Shown here piece after piece: positions 49,479 through 63,420 of a DNA stretch of 64,000 bases; position 1 is the first letter of the stretch, and each line of letters opens with the position of its first letter. The stretch is from NCBI RefSeq assembly GCF_964188315.1, contig NC_135662.1, forward strand, positions 45,384,001-45,448,000, written 5' to 3'. The stretch comes from Podarcis muralis. Its lineage: Eukaryota. The notes below the pieces were generated by a model. That model was not told where the DNA came from. It was given only the letters and a program-made list of their open reading frames with translations, and did not search any database. A program made the position numbers and the translations under genes.

Positions 49479-52093
49479 TTAATGTGGAGTTCCGCGTTGA
49501 ATGTGAAGAGTATCCTAAACATACACACCAGCTTTAATTATGGCATTTATTCTACATTTGAAGTGTTGCATAATAATTGCATTTTCCTTCTCGCTCCTTG
49601 CAAACAGGTGCAGGGAACTGAGGTACTTGAGTTTAAAACACAGAATCATATTCTGAATATAGCTACATGATAGCTCAATCAGCTCTGTAGCCAGCCACCC
49701 TTGGTTATGCGAAGCAGCTGCATTTCTAGGTGCAGCTTTTTGGGAGCAAGGGGCAAAGCATCAGCCAATCTCCTTGCTACTCACTGGTGGAGAGGATGTG
49801 AGGGCCAGGCCAGGAGAAGAGGAAGATACTCCTCCATGCAGAGGGTATGTTAACTTACATAATGGGCTATGTAATGTCAATATTACACAAAATTTAATAT
49901 GAACACCAAGAATTAGATGACTGGCATATTTATTTGTTTCATAAATAAAAAGGATGTTCAGGATACAGTGAACAAAGGGATACTAAAAGGTGTAAAAAGT
50001 GGGCTGCTGGTTTGTTGGAATAGCAATGTCAGAGGACCATTCCAACAAGTGTAAGTTAAGGGTTAACTGGTCCAGTGTTTTAAAGCCACTAGGTGCTGTA
50101 ATACCAAGAACCGCTATCCTCTGGTTGCACCCTCTGGTGGCTGTTGCTTAGCAACTTGGTGGAGCAAAATTTATTTCAGGCTGTTTTTTAAAAAAAGAAA
50201 TAAAATAAAAAAGCATGTTCATTATGCTCTAGCTGCAGTAGTAGTTTCATTCTGTTGGAAGCCTGGCTTCACCTGCTGTCTGGCTACTTAACCCAAGGAC
50301 TCTTGTCTCCTGACAGTGTTATTTTCAGCAGTCTTACTGTTCAGCCCACCTTTTGATAACTCAGTGAGTTTGCCAGGCTTTTCACATTCTGAATTCAGTC
50401 TGCTAGCACAAGTGAATATTCCTTTGACTCCGGCAGTGGGACAGCACATCTGAGGGGAGCAAGTTAGCACGGAATGCAGGACAGCCTGTGTGTCACACCC
50501 AGCCCTTTTCTTCGGTACCTCATTGTTCTTCCTGTCAGTCCCCACACCACCAAGGTCACCCCCCTTTAGAAAACTAGCCTTGGAAAAGGAATACTGTGGC
50601 AAGGATGCATCTAGACCAAACAGATGTCAGCAACATAGACAAAAAGGACAAGGGATTACTAGCTGTCTGGCTCATGAACAGTATTTCAAACAAATATTTC
50701 AATAAAGAAGGCTATATTTACAAAACAATCTCAGGCTACCATTTCTAAATGAATACCGCAGTTCTCTCAATGGGATTCCCCCCATATACTGTAGCCAGTT
50801 CTCAACCCTCACAAGGAAGTGCTGTACAACTAGGTATCTACTTAACTTAATATCACACCAAGAAAAGAAGTGCTTCTTTGTGAGTTTCATGCAGTGTCAG
50901 ACAAAAAAAGAGGGGAGCTTTAATGTGACAATTTCAACCTTGTGCAGAGCTATCTTTCATACCCACACATATATTTAAGGCACTCTTATACTATTTTAAC
51001 TGCTACGACTTTCCCCAAAGAATACTGGGAACTTTAGTTTGTTAAGGGTGCTGTAAATATTTCGGGGGGGGGGGGAGCCATAACAGTTAAAAGTGGTATG
51101 ATAATGCTTTAAACACTTTAAAGGTATGGTGTGGATACTTTGTCTGATTCTGAAGGAAGTGAGTTCACCTTTTAATTTCTGTCTGTTGTAAAAGTATTTC
51201 CCCCAGAATATCCTGGGGTGAACATTCAAATGAACTCGCGTCCTTCAGAATCAGACAAAGCTTCCCAAGTTCAATTTGTTCCTTTCTTTCCAGAGTGGAA
51301 AGAGAACTTCCAGAGTAATTACACCTCCTAGGTAATCCATGGTGTCAGTTATCTAGTTCAGGTTACTTGTAAAGTAATGTAAATAATTTAGTGGTTTGGT
51401 TTAGGACAGAGGGTCAAGTCATTCTTAGAGTAGTTTTTATTACTGACTCTTTGCTCTCCTCCTATAGGAGAAGGATTCTAGAACTTTTCTCACTATCATG
51501 GAGCACATGGTATCAGCAGTATCTGATACATTACACTATACATGCAGAAATGGCTTCGTTAGTTTGCTCTCCCCCCTCCTAATTTCCCCAGCCTCATTTC
51601 TTTATTATTTCATGAGTTTGTTCTGCACTGCACCCCATTTCTTCTGAGTTCTGGTGTAAGCAGGGGGTTTCGAAGGAGCACATCTGTGGTCCAAAACCAA
51701 TAGTGGCACTTTTACAACCAGATTGTCTATAGCGACCTGAGAAAATAAACAGCTGAAATGATTAGCAACCCCCTCCCCCCCAAAAAATCAGTTCCAGAAT
51801 TGTGATCATGCAGTTCCAGGATCTTTCCCCTCCCCTATGTTACCACTGCAGATCATGGGCATTAATAAAACACTGAGGGGGGGAGCAATCTTGATGAGAT
51901 TATGATTAATTTGGTGCACCAATTTACTGATCTCACATGCAGTCCTGTGATTCATTTCTGTTACTGCAAATACCCATTGAAAATATTTTCAGGCTCAACT
52001 CTTCATAGTCCTTCTACTCTAACTTATATGCTACTTGAGCAGGAGCTCAGGTAGCATATAAGACTGCAGCTTTAAGAAGCATCTAGAGATACG

Positions 52094-52489
52094 TTGATGC
52101 TTTTGAATTATGATGATTGATGCTTTTGAATTATGGTGCTGGAGGAGACTCTTGAGAGTCCCATGGACTGCAAGAAGATCAAACGCATCCATTCTTAAGG
52201 AAATCAGACCTGAGTGCTCACTGGAAGGACAGATCGTGAAGTTGAGGCTCCAATACTTTGGCCACCTCATGAGAAGAGAAGACTCCCTGGAAAAGACCCT
52301 GATGTTGGGAAAGATGGAGGGCACTAGGAGAAGGGGACGACAGAGGACGAGATGGTTGGATAGTGTTCTCGAAGCTACAAACATGAGCCTGACCAAACTG
52401 CGGGAGGCAGTGGAAGACAGGAGTGCCTGGCATGCTCTGGTCCATGGGGTCACGAAGAGTCGGACACGACTAAATGACTAAACAACAAC
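52094..52489 (+). mobile_element. 5'-truncated RTE-BovB LINE
   Basis: Open BovB C-terminal peptide IDAFELWCWRRLLRVPWTARRSN...HGVTKSRTRLND*, (AAC)n tail, 12-bp TSD AGAGATACGTTG at 52085-52096 and 52490-52501. Confidence 0.93.
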
Positions 52490-53386
52490 AGAGATACGTT
52501 GTAGGAAGAACAACCTGCAGAGGATAGCATAAGTGTAGCACATGCTACACTTAAAAAATTAACAAAGGAGCCAAAGGTTGGAACACGAAAATATAGGTGG
52601 TGGTGTATTTTAAATGAATCTTCCACCTTTAGCACAAAATAATTGGATAGATAGTATGAATAGTAGTTAGAATACTTTTTTAGTCATAGTGGTAATGATT
52701 TAATAATTATGTTAGCAGCCTGATTTTTCATTTTATTCAGGTGTTGATATGGGGAACACTGCATTTAATAGTTTTGAACAGCATGAAAAATTATTGTATT
52801 CATTTTAAAGTTCCCAGTAGTTGAGTTTTTTTCCTATGTAAGTGATGCTTTTTCTCAAGTGGCTTGGTGTGGTCTGCACATCCTGGTAAGCCAAACTATG
52901 GCTTGTTCTCACTGCACAAATGGGAAGGCTCCCAACTTCCTTTGCTCCTCCCTTTTACGCCCATGCCACACAAGGGTGGGGAACCTTTGGCCCAAAATTG
53001 GTTTGCCAGGTGTCTCCTATTGGTCTGTAGTTAAATCAGGCATAGGAAACCTCTTGTCCTCAGATGCTGTTGGACATCAACTTACATCAGCTCCAGGCAG
53101 AGTGGCCAATGGTCAGGGATGTTTGAAGCTGTAGTTCAGGGACATCTGCAGAGCCACAGGTTCCTCATCCCAGTGGTAAACCATAGGCAGTGGCATGCAA
53201 GCCAGATTTTTGTCTCAAATTTTTGCTGTATTTGTTAGGGGGGCTTTGTAATGATGGTGTAGGATTAATAATACATCTGCTAAATTAAGAGTGTTAATGC
53301 ACCTGTTGGACAAATAAGTATTTAAATCCAAAATAAAAGATTTGGGAAAGAGCAGGTAGGAAGAGTCATAGTTAAGAAAATCCATT

Positions 53387-53737
53387 TTTATTAGATTTTT
53401 TCCAAAAATTATTACAAAAGGAAAGTGGTTACAAATTATTTAAGTTATCCAGTGCAACATGGAAGCACCCTCTAAAGTTCCAACTAAAGTTCACAGGAAT
53501 CTCCTAGACCTGAAGTTAGCAGCTGCAATGTGCTTGGCCCCCGAAAGTGACACCAACTTACACTATGTAAATGTAGCCAGTAGGGAGATGAACTGCAGAC
53601 TCCAAAGGAACAGAAAACAGGTCCTCCAAACTACAAGGTGCAAAATCAGGACAAGACACAAACATATATACAAAACCCAAAATATATATACATTAAATAG
53701 TTGTGTTTAGGTACCATGATTTTCAGATGGATTTATT
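53387..53737 (-). terminator. Candidate RBBP8 polyadenylation signals, AATAAA at 53737-53732 and 53392-53387
   Basis: Hexamers read directly about 75 and 420 nt after the stop codon. Which is used cannot be determined from sequence. Confidence 0.5.
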
Positions 53738-53809
53738 TTTTCACTGACTTTAAATATTTATGGAAACAAACGAAAGGATTTATCAATTTGTAAAAGGTTA
53801 TTCCTCAAG

Positions 53810-54004
<195 letters not shown>

Positions 54005-54089
54005 TCAGTGTTAAGTGGCTTTTAAAATTTTTATATTAAAAATTGTAAAAAAGTGTCCATACGAAAAGTCTAATGTTAGAAGCAATATA

Positions 54090-54331
54090 CAGTGGTACCT
54101 CGGGCTAAGAACTTAATTTGTTCTGGAGGTCTGTTCTTAACCTGAAACTGTTCTTAACCTGAAGCACCACTTTAGCTAATGGGGCCTCCTGCTGCCGCCA
54201 TGCTGCCGTTGTGCGATTTCTGTTTTCACCCTGAAGCAAAGTTCTTAACCTGAGGTACTATTTCTGGGTTAGCGGAGTCTGTAACCTGAAGTGTATGTAA
54301 CCTGAAGCGTATGTAACCCAAGGTACCACTG
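54090..54331. mobile_element. Tigger-like MITE, family A, orientation 2, in the RBBP8 last intron
   Basis: TA|CAGTGGTACCTC...AAGGTACCACTG|TA. Confidence 0.92.
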
Positions 54332-54368
54332 TAATCATTACCATTTCCTAAAAAATAGTGGAGAAATG

Positions 54369-54518
54369 TTAGCTTGGGTAGTACAGCCTAAGACTCTTAA
54401 TCTCAGGGTTGTGGGTTCAAGCCACATTTTGGGTGAAAGATTCCCGCACTGCAGGGGGCTGGACTAGATGACCCTTGTGGTCCCTTCCAACTCTACAATT
54501 CTACAATTATATGATTCT
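54369..54518 (+). mobile_element. tRNA-Lys(CUU)-derived SINE with CR1-type tail, second copy
   Basis: Aligns by eye to 59948-60091 (AGACTCTTAATCTCAGGGT...GGACTAGATGACC...ATGATTCT). Confidence 0.82.
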
Positions 54519-54669
54519 GTTGAAAAGTTTTTCTTAAAAGTTTAAGGACTATTTTGAAAATAAGTTCAATGTTACTGAAGTTTCTCATTTCAGGATTCAT
54601 ACACATAAAATGGAAAGAATCTGTCCATTGCCTATGAAAAAACCTCTCCTCTTCCCCGAGGGGAGGTGT

Positions 54670-55437
54670 TGTGAGCGGAAATCGCTTCCCGCGCTTGCAG
54701 GGGGGGGCATGGCTGGGCCCCTGCGTCACTGGAGTCCTGTGCCCGTGTCACGCCACGCACCCCAGCCAGTCAATCCGGCTGGCTGGGGGGCGTGGTTTAG
54801 CTGTTTAAAAATGGCCATGGGCACACAAGCACTGCCTTGTTGTTCTGGCTTCCTCGGATCACCTGCCTGCCCTCCCTCTAGGTTTTGCTTCTGCACCTGA
54901 CCTTGCTATGGACTTCGGTTGGTCACCTTGGTTGTCCAAGGGGCCTGGTAGGAATTTTTTTCTACTTGGCAGATTGGCACCAGCCACTTGGTTTTTCGCC
55001 TACCTCGTAGCAAATCGTCAGAACTTTGTAAGGTTTGGTGGTTAGGCATTGGAAAATGCGTTGTGTACTGGAGGGGAGGTTGTGGCCATCACCTACCCCT
55101 CCCCTTGAAGGGTATTCCGTTAAAGGAATTTGGTGGTCGTGGTTCCTGTCTGATGCCCAGGTGGCCAGGGCCATGGCATGACCCTCAGGTGACTCTAGGG
55201 AAAAGCTTCCAGTTGATTTGCATCAACAAGCTCCCCCTACAGCTTGTTAACCCTTGTGTGACTCCCTGCAGAGCGGGCAGGAGTCAAGTATAGTCTGTTC
55301 AGATCCAGTGCCTAAGCCAATACCACTTACATTCTGTAACCAATAAAGTTGTGGCCTTTTTTAGCCCATTAACCTAAAATGCTTGTGTCCATGTGTCTTA
55401 TTTCATCACTAAGCGGGGAGCAGGGCCTCGACTCACA
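54670..55437 (+). mobile_element. Putative solo LTR-like repeat (768 bp) in the RBBP8 last intron
   Basis: TGTGAG...CTCACA termini, GC/CpG-rich body unlike the flanks, AATAAA at 55342-55347. No TSD found. Confidence 0.6.
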
Positions 55438-58277
55438 AATTTGTGAAATTATTTGCGCTCTTAACAATTTATCTGGTTAGAATACATTTCTTTTAAAAGT
55501 TTGTACTTGAAATAAGCTTCTGATCCAGGATTACAAAGAAGTATATTGGATTTCAGCCAGGAGTGATTAGGAAGCGTATGCCTGTGGAACTACTGCAACC
55601 AAACTATTGTGGTCAGCATACCAAACAGTGTTATTTGGCGTTTTAAGCTTCTTAACTGCTATTGTGGCACAGCTTTTAGTTCCAGATGTAAGGGTAACTT
55701 TCTATGTTGAAACAGGGAAACAATTTGCTAGCATACTATAGTGGTTACAAAAATAAGCTTAGAGTGGAGGTGTCCCTGGTTCATTTTTCACCACAGTAAT
55801 GGACTGATTGGGTGACATAGGTTACTATCACTTCGACTCAGGCCTGTGTCTGCAATAGGGAGATAATAATATTGAGTCTACCAAGTAAATGTTTCTGAAA
55901 GTATGTTTGTAATGTACTTCCAGCACTTAGGAAAAGTGCTAAATAAATTGAAAATATTATCACTTGCTATTATTATAAAGATTAATGAATGTATGTATTA
56001 ATATTTAACAGGGTGCACAACTAATACATTTAAAACACCGATGAACTCTCATGAGACATGAATGATATTGCAAAAAACCCCAAAGACTACCAGTACAATC
56101 CACTGAAATAAATGACCACGCTCCCATTTATTTTAGCTGTCCTAGTTTAAGTTTCCATAGCACCCCAGCCAAGACAATTATCTGGTACATACCTATGTCA
56201 TACAAGCTGTCCTAGCTTTATTTATAAGAAATGTTTCTTTTGAGCAATAGTTTGACACACTGGGCACAATGCTGGTTATGCACCTGATGATGAAATCTTG
56301 CTTGGCTTAGGGTTTGAACATGGGGTATATTGAACATGGATTCAGTTTCCCCTATTAGCAAAATCCAAGTGAGCCAACTGGTACTGGCAGTTCTCTGCAG
56401 AAAGTTTGTGGGAGGTCTGGGCTTTGCTAGGTCCCTATGTTGGACATGGCATCCCTTGTACAGAACAGGAAAGACTCTACCTGTCCCAAACGAGTAATGC
56501 CTGAGTCTTGTCTAGTCTTCCTGCTAGTAAAACAGGTGACCTGAGCTCCAGAGACAGGACAAATTGGCTCCCTGCTGTTCCATCTCCTCGCATAAAAATG
56601 TTAGTTCAATAAGTTGTTCCTTGTTGTGAAGTGCCACTGGCAGTGCAGAGTGAAAAAAGTTAGGCGCCTTTCTCAAGTACACCCACTTAAATAATGGCAT
56701 TCTAAATACCGGTAACTAAGAGTAACTTTGTGCTTGAAAGGCTTCTAGCATGAAAACTCTAAACTAAACAAGAGGTATTTTATGAGGAAGCTGATGATCT
56801 CTAGATACTCTTTAAAAGGAAATGGGATTGATATAGTTTTTTTCATGGCTTCCTGCATATGAAAGCAGTATAGCACTAATCTACTGGGAGATCATTTAAT
56901 GCCTGGATTGCATTCAGATAAAGAATGTGTGTACTGCAGCAACTAGAAACTGATTTAAGGAGGATTCCACCAATGAATACTACTTCTGATTACATATACA
57001 GTGGTAAACTATACAAAACATATTTTTTTCTTGAATATTTATGTGCTGGGTTTCTTTTTCTTTTCCCCACCAAACTATTTCAAGTTGGTCACATTTGCAC
57101 ATCATGGTAAACCATAATTAATTGTTTACAACAGATGCACAGATGGCTCCTGTTTCATTGCCCCCATAGTGTGAACAAAAAAACTACAAAATCCCTGACT
57201 TAGCATTACATTTGAACCATTTGGCTTATGCAAACCAAACAGAAAGCAGGAAGTAAAGAACAAACCCTTCCTTCACACTCTGGTTTGACTGAAACAAATC
57301 AAACCATGATCTCCAGTTCAGATTTAACACTAAGCCAGGCATCATTGTTTAGTGCCAGGAAGGAGCCAAGCAGGTATTGCTTATGTGTTCATAGCAAACT
57401 AGTAACTGGTTTACCATGAAGTGCAATGCAGCCATTGTTTCTCATTCTGAAACATCAACAATCCTAAGTTCTGTTATCAGGCAGGTGGGTAGCTAAGTAA
57501 AGGGAACACTTTGTTAAGTATTTGAAATACTTTAATAAATGTAAAAATAGTGGGAGGAATTCAACGTCACACTAAAACATGTTCCACCAATGCAAGCATT
57601 TCTGCTTGTCCAATGGAATGACCTCTCTCCTCCGTCCCACGTGCTGTTCTGGTTTTTCTCCCAACCCTCTCAAAGCCAATTTTGACATACATGGGCAGGG
57701 GAGGGGGGAAAGCCCCTCTGTGCTAACAGGAGCCCTTGTATGGGCTCCTACTAGTGAAAGTACTTAGTTGAATCTGGCCCAGTTTCCCCCCAGTGGTAGT
57801 TCTGTAGGCTGGTACTGTAGATTCCTGTAATGTTCAATACAACCCGATTGGCTGATGAAACATTAATTTTAATATTTGTGAACTGCACTTTCATATAAAC
57901 TATCTCAAGGCAGTATACAGACTAAAAACACAGTATTACAATGAAAACATCAAACGCAGCAGTTAAGAGCTGGTTGGCAAAGAATCTCAGGTTTTAAAGT
58001 CCTGTCACAATTATATAGTTTTAAAAATATGTCTAAAAATGATCATGCCTGCCAAACCTGTATTGGCAAGGATCATGCCTGGCAAATTTGTGGCAAGGAG
58101 TTCCACAGGGCCGTGCCTGTCCCACTAAAGACTCGGTTCCTGATAAAGGCCAGCTGAACCTCAGGGGTCTAGGCGACCACCAAAACAGCCCCATCAGAAG
58201 ATCTCAACGATCAAGTCTGAATATGAAGAAGACAGATCTGTGTCTGTTAGTTGACTGTACCACCTTTTAAGCCACTA

Positions 58278-58433
<156 letters not shown>

Positions 58434-58541
58434 CTAAAGAGATATTGCAGAAACTCAGTATTAAGAAATAACTCCTGAATCAGAATACCCAAAAAAGGTT
58501 CTCTTACTTATCCCCCCCCCCCCGGCACTCTTGAAAGAAAG

Positions 58542-58800
58542 AGGTTTTCTAGCTCCATTTCAATCAAGGTTTAGGCCAGGGTTTGGCACAGAAACTGCTT
58601 TGGTTCATGACTTCTGTCAGAAGAGAGACAGGGATATGTGTCCCTGTTAATTATCCTTGACCTCTCAGCAGCTTTTGATACCACCAACCATGGTATCCTT
58701 CTGGAGTGGCTGCCCGAGTTAGGGATAGGTGGTACTGCTTTGTGGTGGTTCCGATCCTGCTTGGATGGTAGTTTCCAGAGGGTGATGCTGGGTGAGTGTT
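58542..58800 (+). mobile_element. L2 LINE reverse-transcriptase fragment
   Basis: FQSRFRPGFGTETAL and LLIILDLSAAFDTTNHGILLEWL...GGTALWWFRS RT motifs with frameshifts. Confidence 0.82.
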
Positions 58801-59947
58801 TGGAAATTTCAGCTGGTGCAGAATTCAGCAGCATATTTCACCAATTCCAGCCTGACAGTGGTACAGTGTTACTCTTGTCCTTCCTGCTCCCCATTTCACC
58901 TCATGTCTATACTGATTCTAACAGGATAATATATTAATGTTCCTTTAGAATGGGATGTCTGTTGCCAGATTTTTATTTATTTTAGAATTTTAGAACAGGT
59001 GTGTTTTACAATCTTTTTCCTCTTTAAAAGTTTGGTACACTGTTTCCTGCTTCAGGGTAATGAGTCTAGGCGACCTTTAGCTTCTTTGCAGTTTGACAGT
59101 TCTAAGGTTCTGAAAACAATGTACAGTATATTCCCACTGACCTGAATAACAGCTACAAACTCACACATAAAGGCTCTCTAAGAAGGCTCCATAATACTTC
59201 AAGAGGGAGTACATTTACTCCCCTTTGCGTTTACTAAGATAATATGCTGTGCTTCAAGCCATGGTCCCCGTCAGAACTGTATGATACAGATATTGTGCAG
59301 TACCACATTGTCTGTATGTATTCAGAAATCTCTTTCTTAAAGCTAAATTCTTGCTTCAGTTGAACTAGAAATCTAACAGCTTGCAAATTCCAAACACTGA
59401 GGAATCATAAAAACGGTCTAATATATAATGCCAAAAGGGGCATATCATGTAGGCAGTGAGTAGAAAATATCAGTTTCTGAAGAGCTTTAGAAAACGTGTG
59501 GGATTTTAAAGGCTGGTTTACACATTCAAGTTCTGGTGACTGAAGGGATGAAAAGCATGGGCAAAACAAACATCACATACAACACATTCACATCACCTCC
59601 CATGCAGTGCTTATCCATGGAGTCAGTTCACACATTCAGCTGACCTAAGATTTTCTGCTGTGGTAATGGTGGGCCTTAAGGCCAGTCCCTAAGTTTTCCC
59701 TACTTCCATCGACAAAGAAAAGAGGAAAGCAGAGGAACCTAACATCTATTTTTTTAAAAAAATAATCTCAAGAAAGGGTTTAGGCAGAGTTCCACAGTGC
59801 GCTGCATTCTTTCTTAGGATTTTATTTCATTTATGAAGCTTAGTGTACCAAAAAAGGTGCCTTTTGGGCAGGGTTTTTATTTTAACCAAACAACACGAAA
59901 CACTATCATATTGGCTGTACAAAATAATGAATGTAGTCAACCCATAT

Positions 59948-60091
59948 GATAGCTCAGTTGGTAGAGCATGAGACTCTTAATCTCAGGGTCATAGGTTTGA
60001 GCCCCATGTTGGGCAAAAGATTCCTGCAGCGCAGGGGGTTGGACTAAATGACCCTCGTGGTCCCTTCTAATTCTACAAATTCTATGATTCT
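59948..60091 (+). mobile_element. tRNA-Lys(CUU)-derived SINE with CR1-type ATTCTATG tail
   Basis: Head TAGCTCAGTTGGTAGAGCATGAGACTCTTAATCTCAGGGTC resembles tRNA-Lys(CUU) and continues into a CR1 3' end. Confidence 0.85.
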
Positions 60092-60729
60092 GCCTCACAT
60101 CCCATTATTTTGGTGCAATGCTACTGCTGAAATTCCACCTGCCTTTGTGAAAATAGTTAGCTTGGGCTGCTTATATTAAAAGCCTCTTTCTGTAAGCGTT
60201 TTAAAATTCTGCCTTTATTCTGAACATTTCTTCATTATAAAAAATATTCCCCATGTGTTTCCAATCTCACTGCTATGAGTAACTCACCAAAATCTAACAA
60301 GAGACAAGTTCTTAAAGAGAAGTCTTGCACTGTGCAGAGACAGGAAATTAAAATTGTTCACACACAGCTCTTGGCACAAGACACAGAGCTGCTTTTATGT
60401 CCCTTTCTTATTATTCTAGGCTTCTGGATTTCACATATTTTGGAACAAAATTAAGCTTCACAGTAGGCTATAGATTAAGCTATGTGCAATACAGAAAGGT
60501 ATCGCAAAGTTTTTATTAAGTTTGTATTAAGCTCCTTATTTTTAAATATTTAATTTCAGAAACATACAGTTGAGTGTGTGTTTTTTTAAAAATGGGAAGA
60601 ATAGATACGAAAGATGGAAATACAAGTTAAAAACAGTAAATGGAATCTCTTACATAGTATAAGACTCATCTATGCTCCCCAACAAATTGTAGAATACATT
60701 AATGAATGAATTACATGTGCTCTTACAGC

Positions 60730-61320
60730 CAGAGTGGATTTGATTTAAATCAAATTGATTTAAATCACTAGTCAGTAAGGCTTGATTTAAATCATTTTTA
60801 CAGAAAGGTTCAACCTTGCTGGCATCCTCTTAATATTTACTACCAGAGGAAGGTTTCATTTTTGGAATAATAAATTTTCAGAATAGTTTTTAGTTACCTC
60901 AAAAATTACTGATTTGGTTATACTATCAGAAATACATAGACAGATAATTATGAAATTATTGTTTATATCTGGACAACTTTTCTGCTGTACTTTATTGGAA
61001 GGAGAAAAATAATCATTTACTTAATAACAGTGTAAACAATTTATTTAACTAAAACAATAACATTATAGCATATGTATCCATGTTTGTTAACCGATGTGAT
61101 TTAAAAAATTTTAGTTTTTTTTATAAAAAAACACCTTAGACTGAGTTTTAGCACACATGAAAAACTTTAAACAAATCCTTATTTCCTGATGAATAGACTA
61201 TAATGTAACTTAAATAGAAAACTATCTTTAGAAAGATTTTTCCTCCAAAAGCATTTTATTTTAAAAATCCGATTAAAAAAATCTGATTTAAATTTTAAAA
61301 TCCAGTTTTAATCTATACTC
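60730..61320. mobile_element. AT-rich non-autonomous DNA transposon (hAT-like) with subterminal GATTTAAAT repeats
   Basis: CAGAGTGGATTTGATTTAAATC left end, related GATTTAAAT/AATCCGAT motifs at the right end. Family is recalled and ends are approximate. Confidence 0.5.
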
Positions 61321-61575
61321 TTATTTTTGCACTGTTCAAAATCAGGAGTCTTTATTGCACTCTGTTATTTCTATTTCTTCCCAATACATATTATAGTCAA
61401 GCAGGTAGCTAAATATTCAAAAATAAGGGTCATGCATACCTTGGTTAAATGCACACTGCACCATTTCATCAGCTATGCTACAGATATATGTCTCTGTATA
61501 TGAAATTCATGAGTTACCTAAATTATTCTATTGAATAAACAGAATGAGGTTCATGATATCAAGGAAAAATAATTA

Positions 61576-61710
<135 letters not shown>

Positions 61711-62124
61711 CTAGGTTGCAAATATTATTTTTTGCATAAGAAAACTATAATTTACTTATTTATTACCTGCCTTTTACCCTAAGGTCCCAGGGTGAATTAC
61801 AGCATTAAAGCACATTGTTATAAACCATTTTACAACTTAAAACTATTTAAGACAACTATGTTGGTTTAATGTTTCATCAAGTTGCTTTAGCAATTTCGGT
61901 TTTGCTGTTGCTTTACGATTAATTATAAAACATACTTAAAATGGGATCTATAACTGTTGTGGCAGCTAACTTAAATATTGTACATCTCAATATTTTGCTA
62001 CTTTTTATGTTTACTGCTTTTTTCATGTTTATATAACCAATGAGAGTTAAGAACAGATGGCCACCATAACTGTCATTCAAATCCTGATCACAGTATTATT
62101 TTAGGTAATAAATCAGGTGCAATC

Positions 62125-63420
62125 AGGTGGTTATCACCAGTGGAGGCCAAGGCGAGAAAAAGACCCAATATGGAGGCCGGCCGGCCGAAATACTGGGAAA
62201 TAATAGAAAAAATTGGAGATAACTGGAGGCTGCAGAGCTTCGAAAAATTAAAAAATAGGGTGCAGGATTGGTTTCTTTATGCTCAAGTTCAAGAGGTTTT
62301 TAAGTCGGATAAAAAATTAGGATTCCAGGTGGAAAAATCAAAATTGGAGACGGAACTGTTAGAACCTAAGACTAAGGTACTTTCGAGAATGTATAACTTG
62401 TTGCTTAAATGGAATACTCAAGATGAGACAGTTAAATCAGCCATGATAAAATGGGCTCAGGATATTGGGTACAACATTATGTTTGAAGACTGGGAAAGGT
62501 TATGGACCACTGGAATGAAATTCACGGCATGTAATGCCTTGAAGGAAAACATTATGAAAATGATATCTAGGTGGTACATGACCCCAGTCAAGCTTGCAAA
62601 AATATATCATCTGTCTGATAATAAATGTTGGAAATGTAAGGGGGCTGAAGGGACTTTTTTTCACCTTTGGTGGACTTGTCCAAAAGTGAAGGCCTTCTGG
62701 GAAATGATCTATAATGAGCTAAAAAAGGTGTTTAAGTACACCTTTCCTAATAAACCAGAGGCCTTCCTCCTGGGCATTGTTGGCCAAAAGGTGTTAAAGA
62801 AGGACAGAACCTTTTTTATGTATGCAACTACAGCACCAAGAGTACTTATCGCAAAATACTGGAAGTTACAAGATCTTCCCACACTGGAAGAATGGCAGAT
62901 GCAATTGATGAACTATATGGAACTGGCTGAAATGACTGGCAGAATCCGAGATTTGGGAGAAGAAACAATGGAAGAGGACTGGAAAAAATTTAAGGACTAT
63001 TTACAAAAACATTATAAGTTGTATGAATGTTAAGAATTTGCATGATTTGGAAATTTTATCTTTAGCAACTAGACTCAGTGATCAGGAAACTAAGTTATAA
63101 GTAAAAAAAAGGTTGAAATTTAAACTAAATTATATCTACTTTAGGGTATAAGTTATTGACAAAAAGTATTTTAAATTTCGAAGTATGACATTTGAAAGAT
63201 ACCAATATGATATGAAATAAGGGAATAATTTGCTGATACGTGTATTGTAAGGAACGCAGGGTGAGGGGGATGTGGGGAAGTCCAGTTGGTAATGTAAAAA
63301 TGTTTCTGAAAGTTGGATTTTTTATTTCTTCTTTCTTTTGTTTTTCTTTCTTTCTAATATGTCTTACATGTTTCTGACTTTGTAACTGAAAATGTAATAA
63401 TTTTTTTTTTTAAAAAAAAC
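62125..63420 (+). mobile_element. 5'-truncated L1-clade LINE, antisense in an RBBP8 intron; open ORF2 C-terminus (about 62170-63033) plus 3' UTR and A-rich tail
   Basis: CWKC...TFFHLWWTCPKV zinc-knuckle region typical of non-mammalian L1 ORF2. Probable TSD ATCAG(G)TGCAATC at 62112-62124 and 63421-63432. Confidence 0.88.

Noticed and set aside
59948-60017. tRNA-Lys(CUU) gene
   Set aside because: The 5' acceptor strand is missing, the T-arm is mutated (GGTTTGAG), and it continues into a CR1-type tail with a second similar copy at 54369. It is a SINE head.
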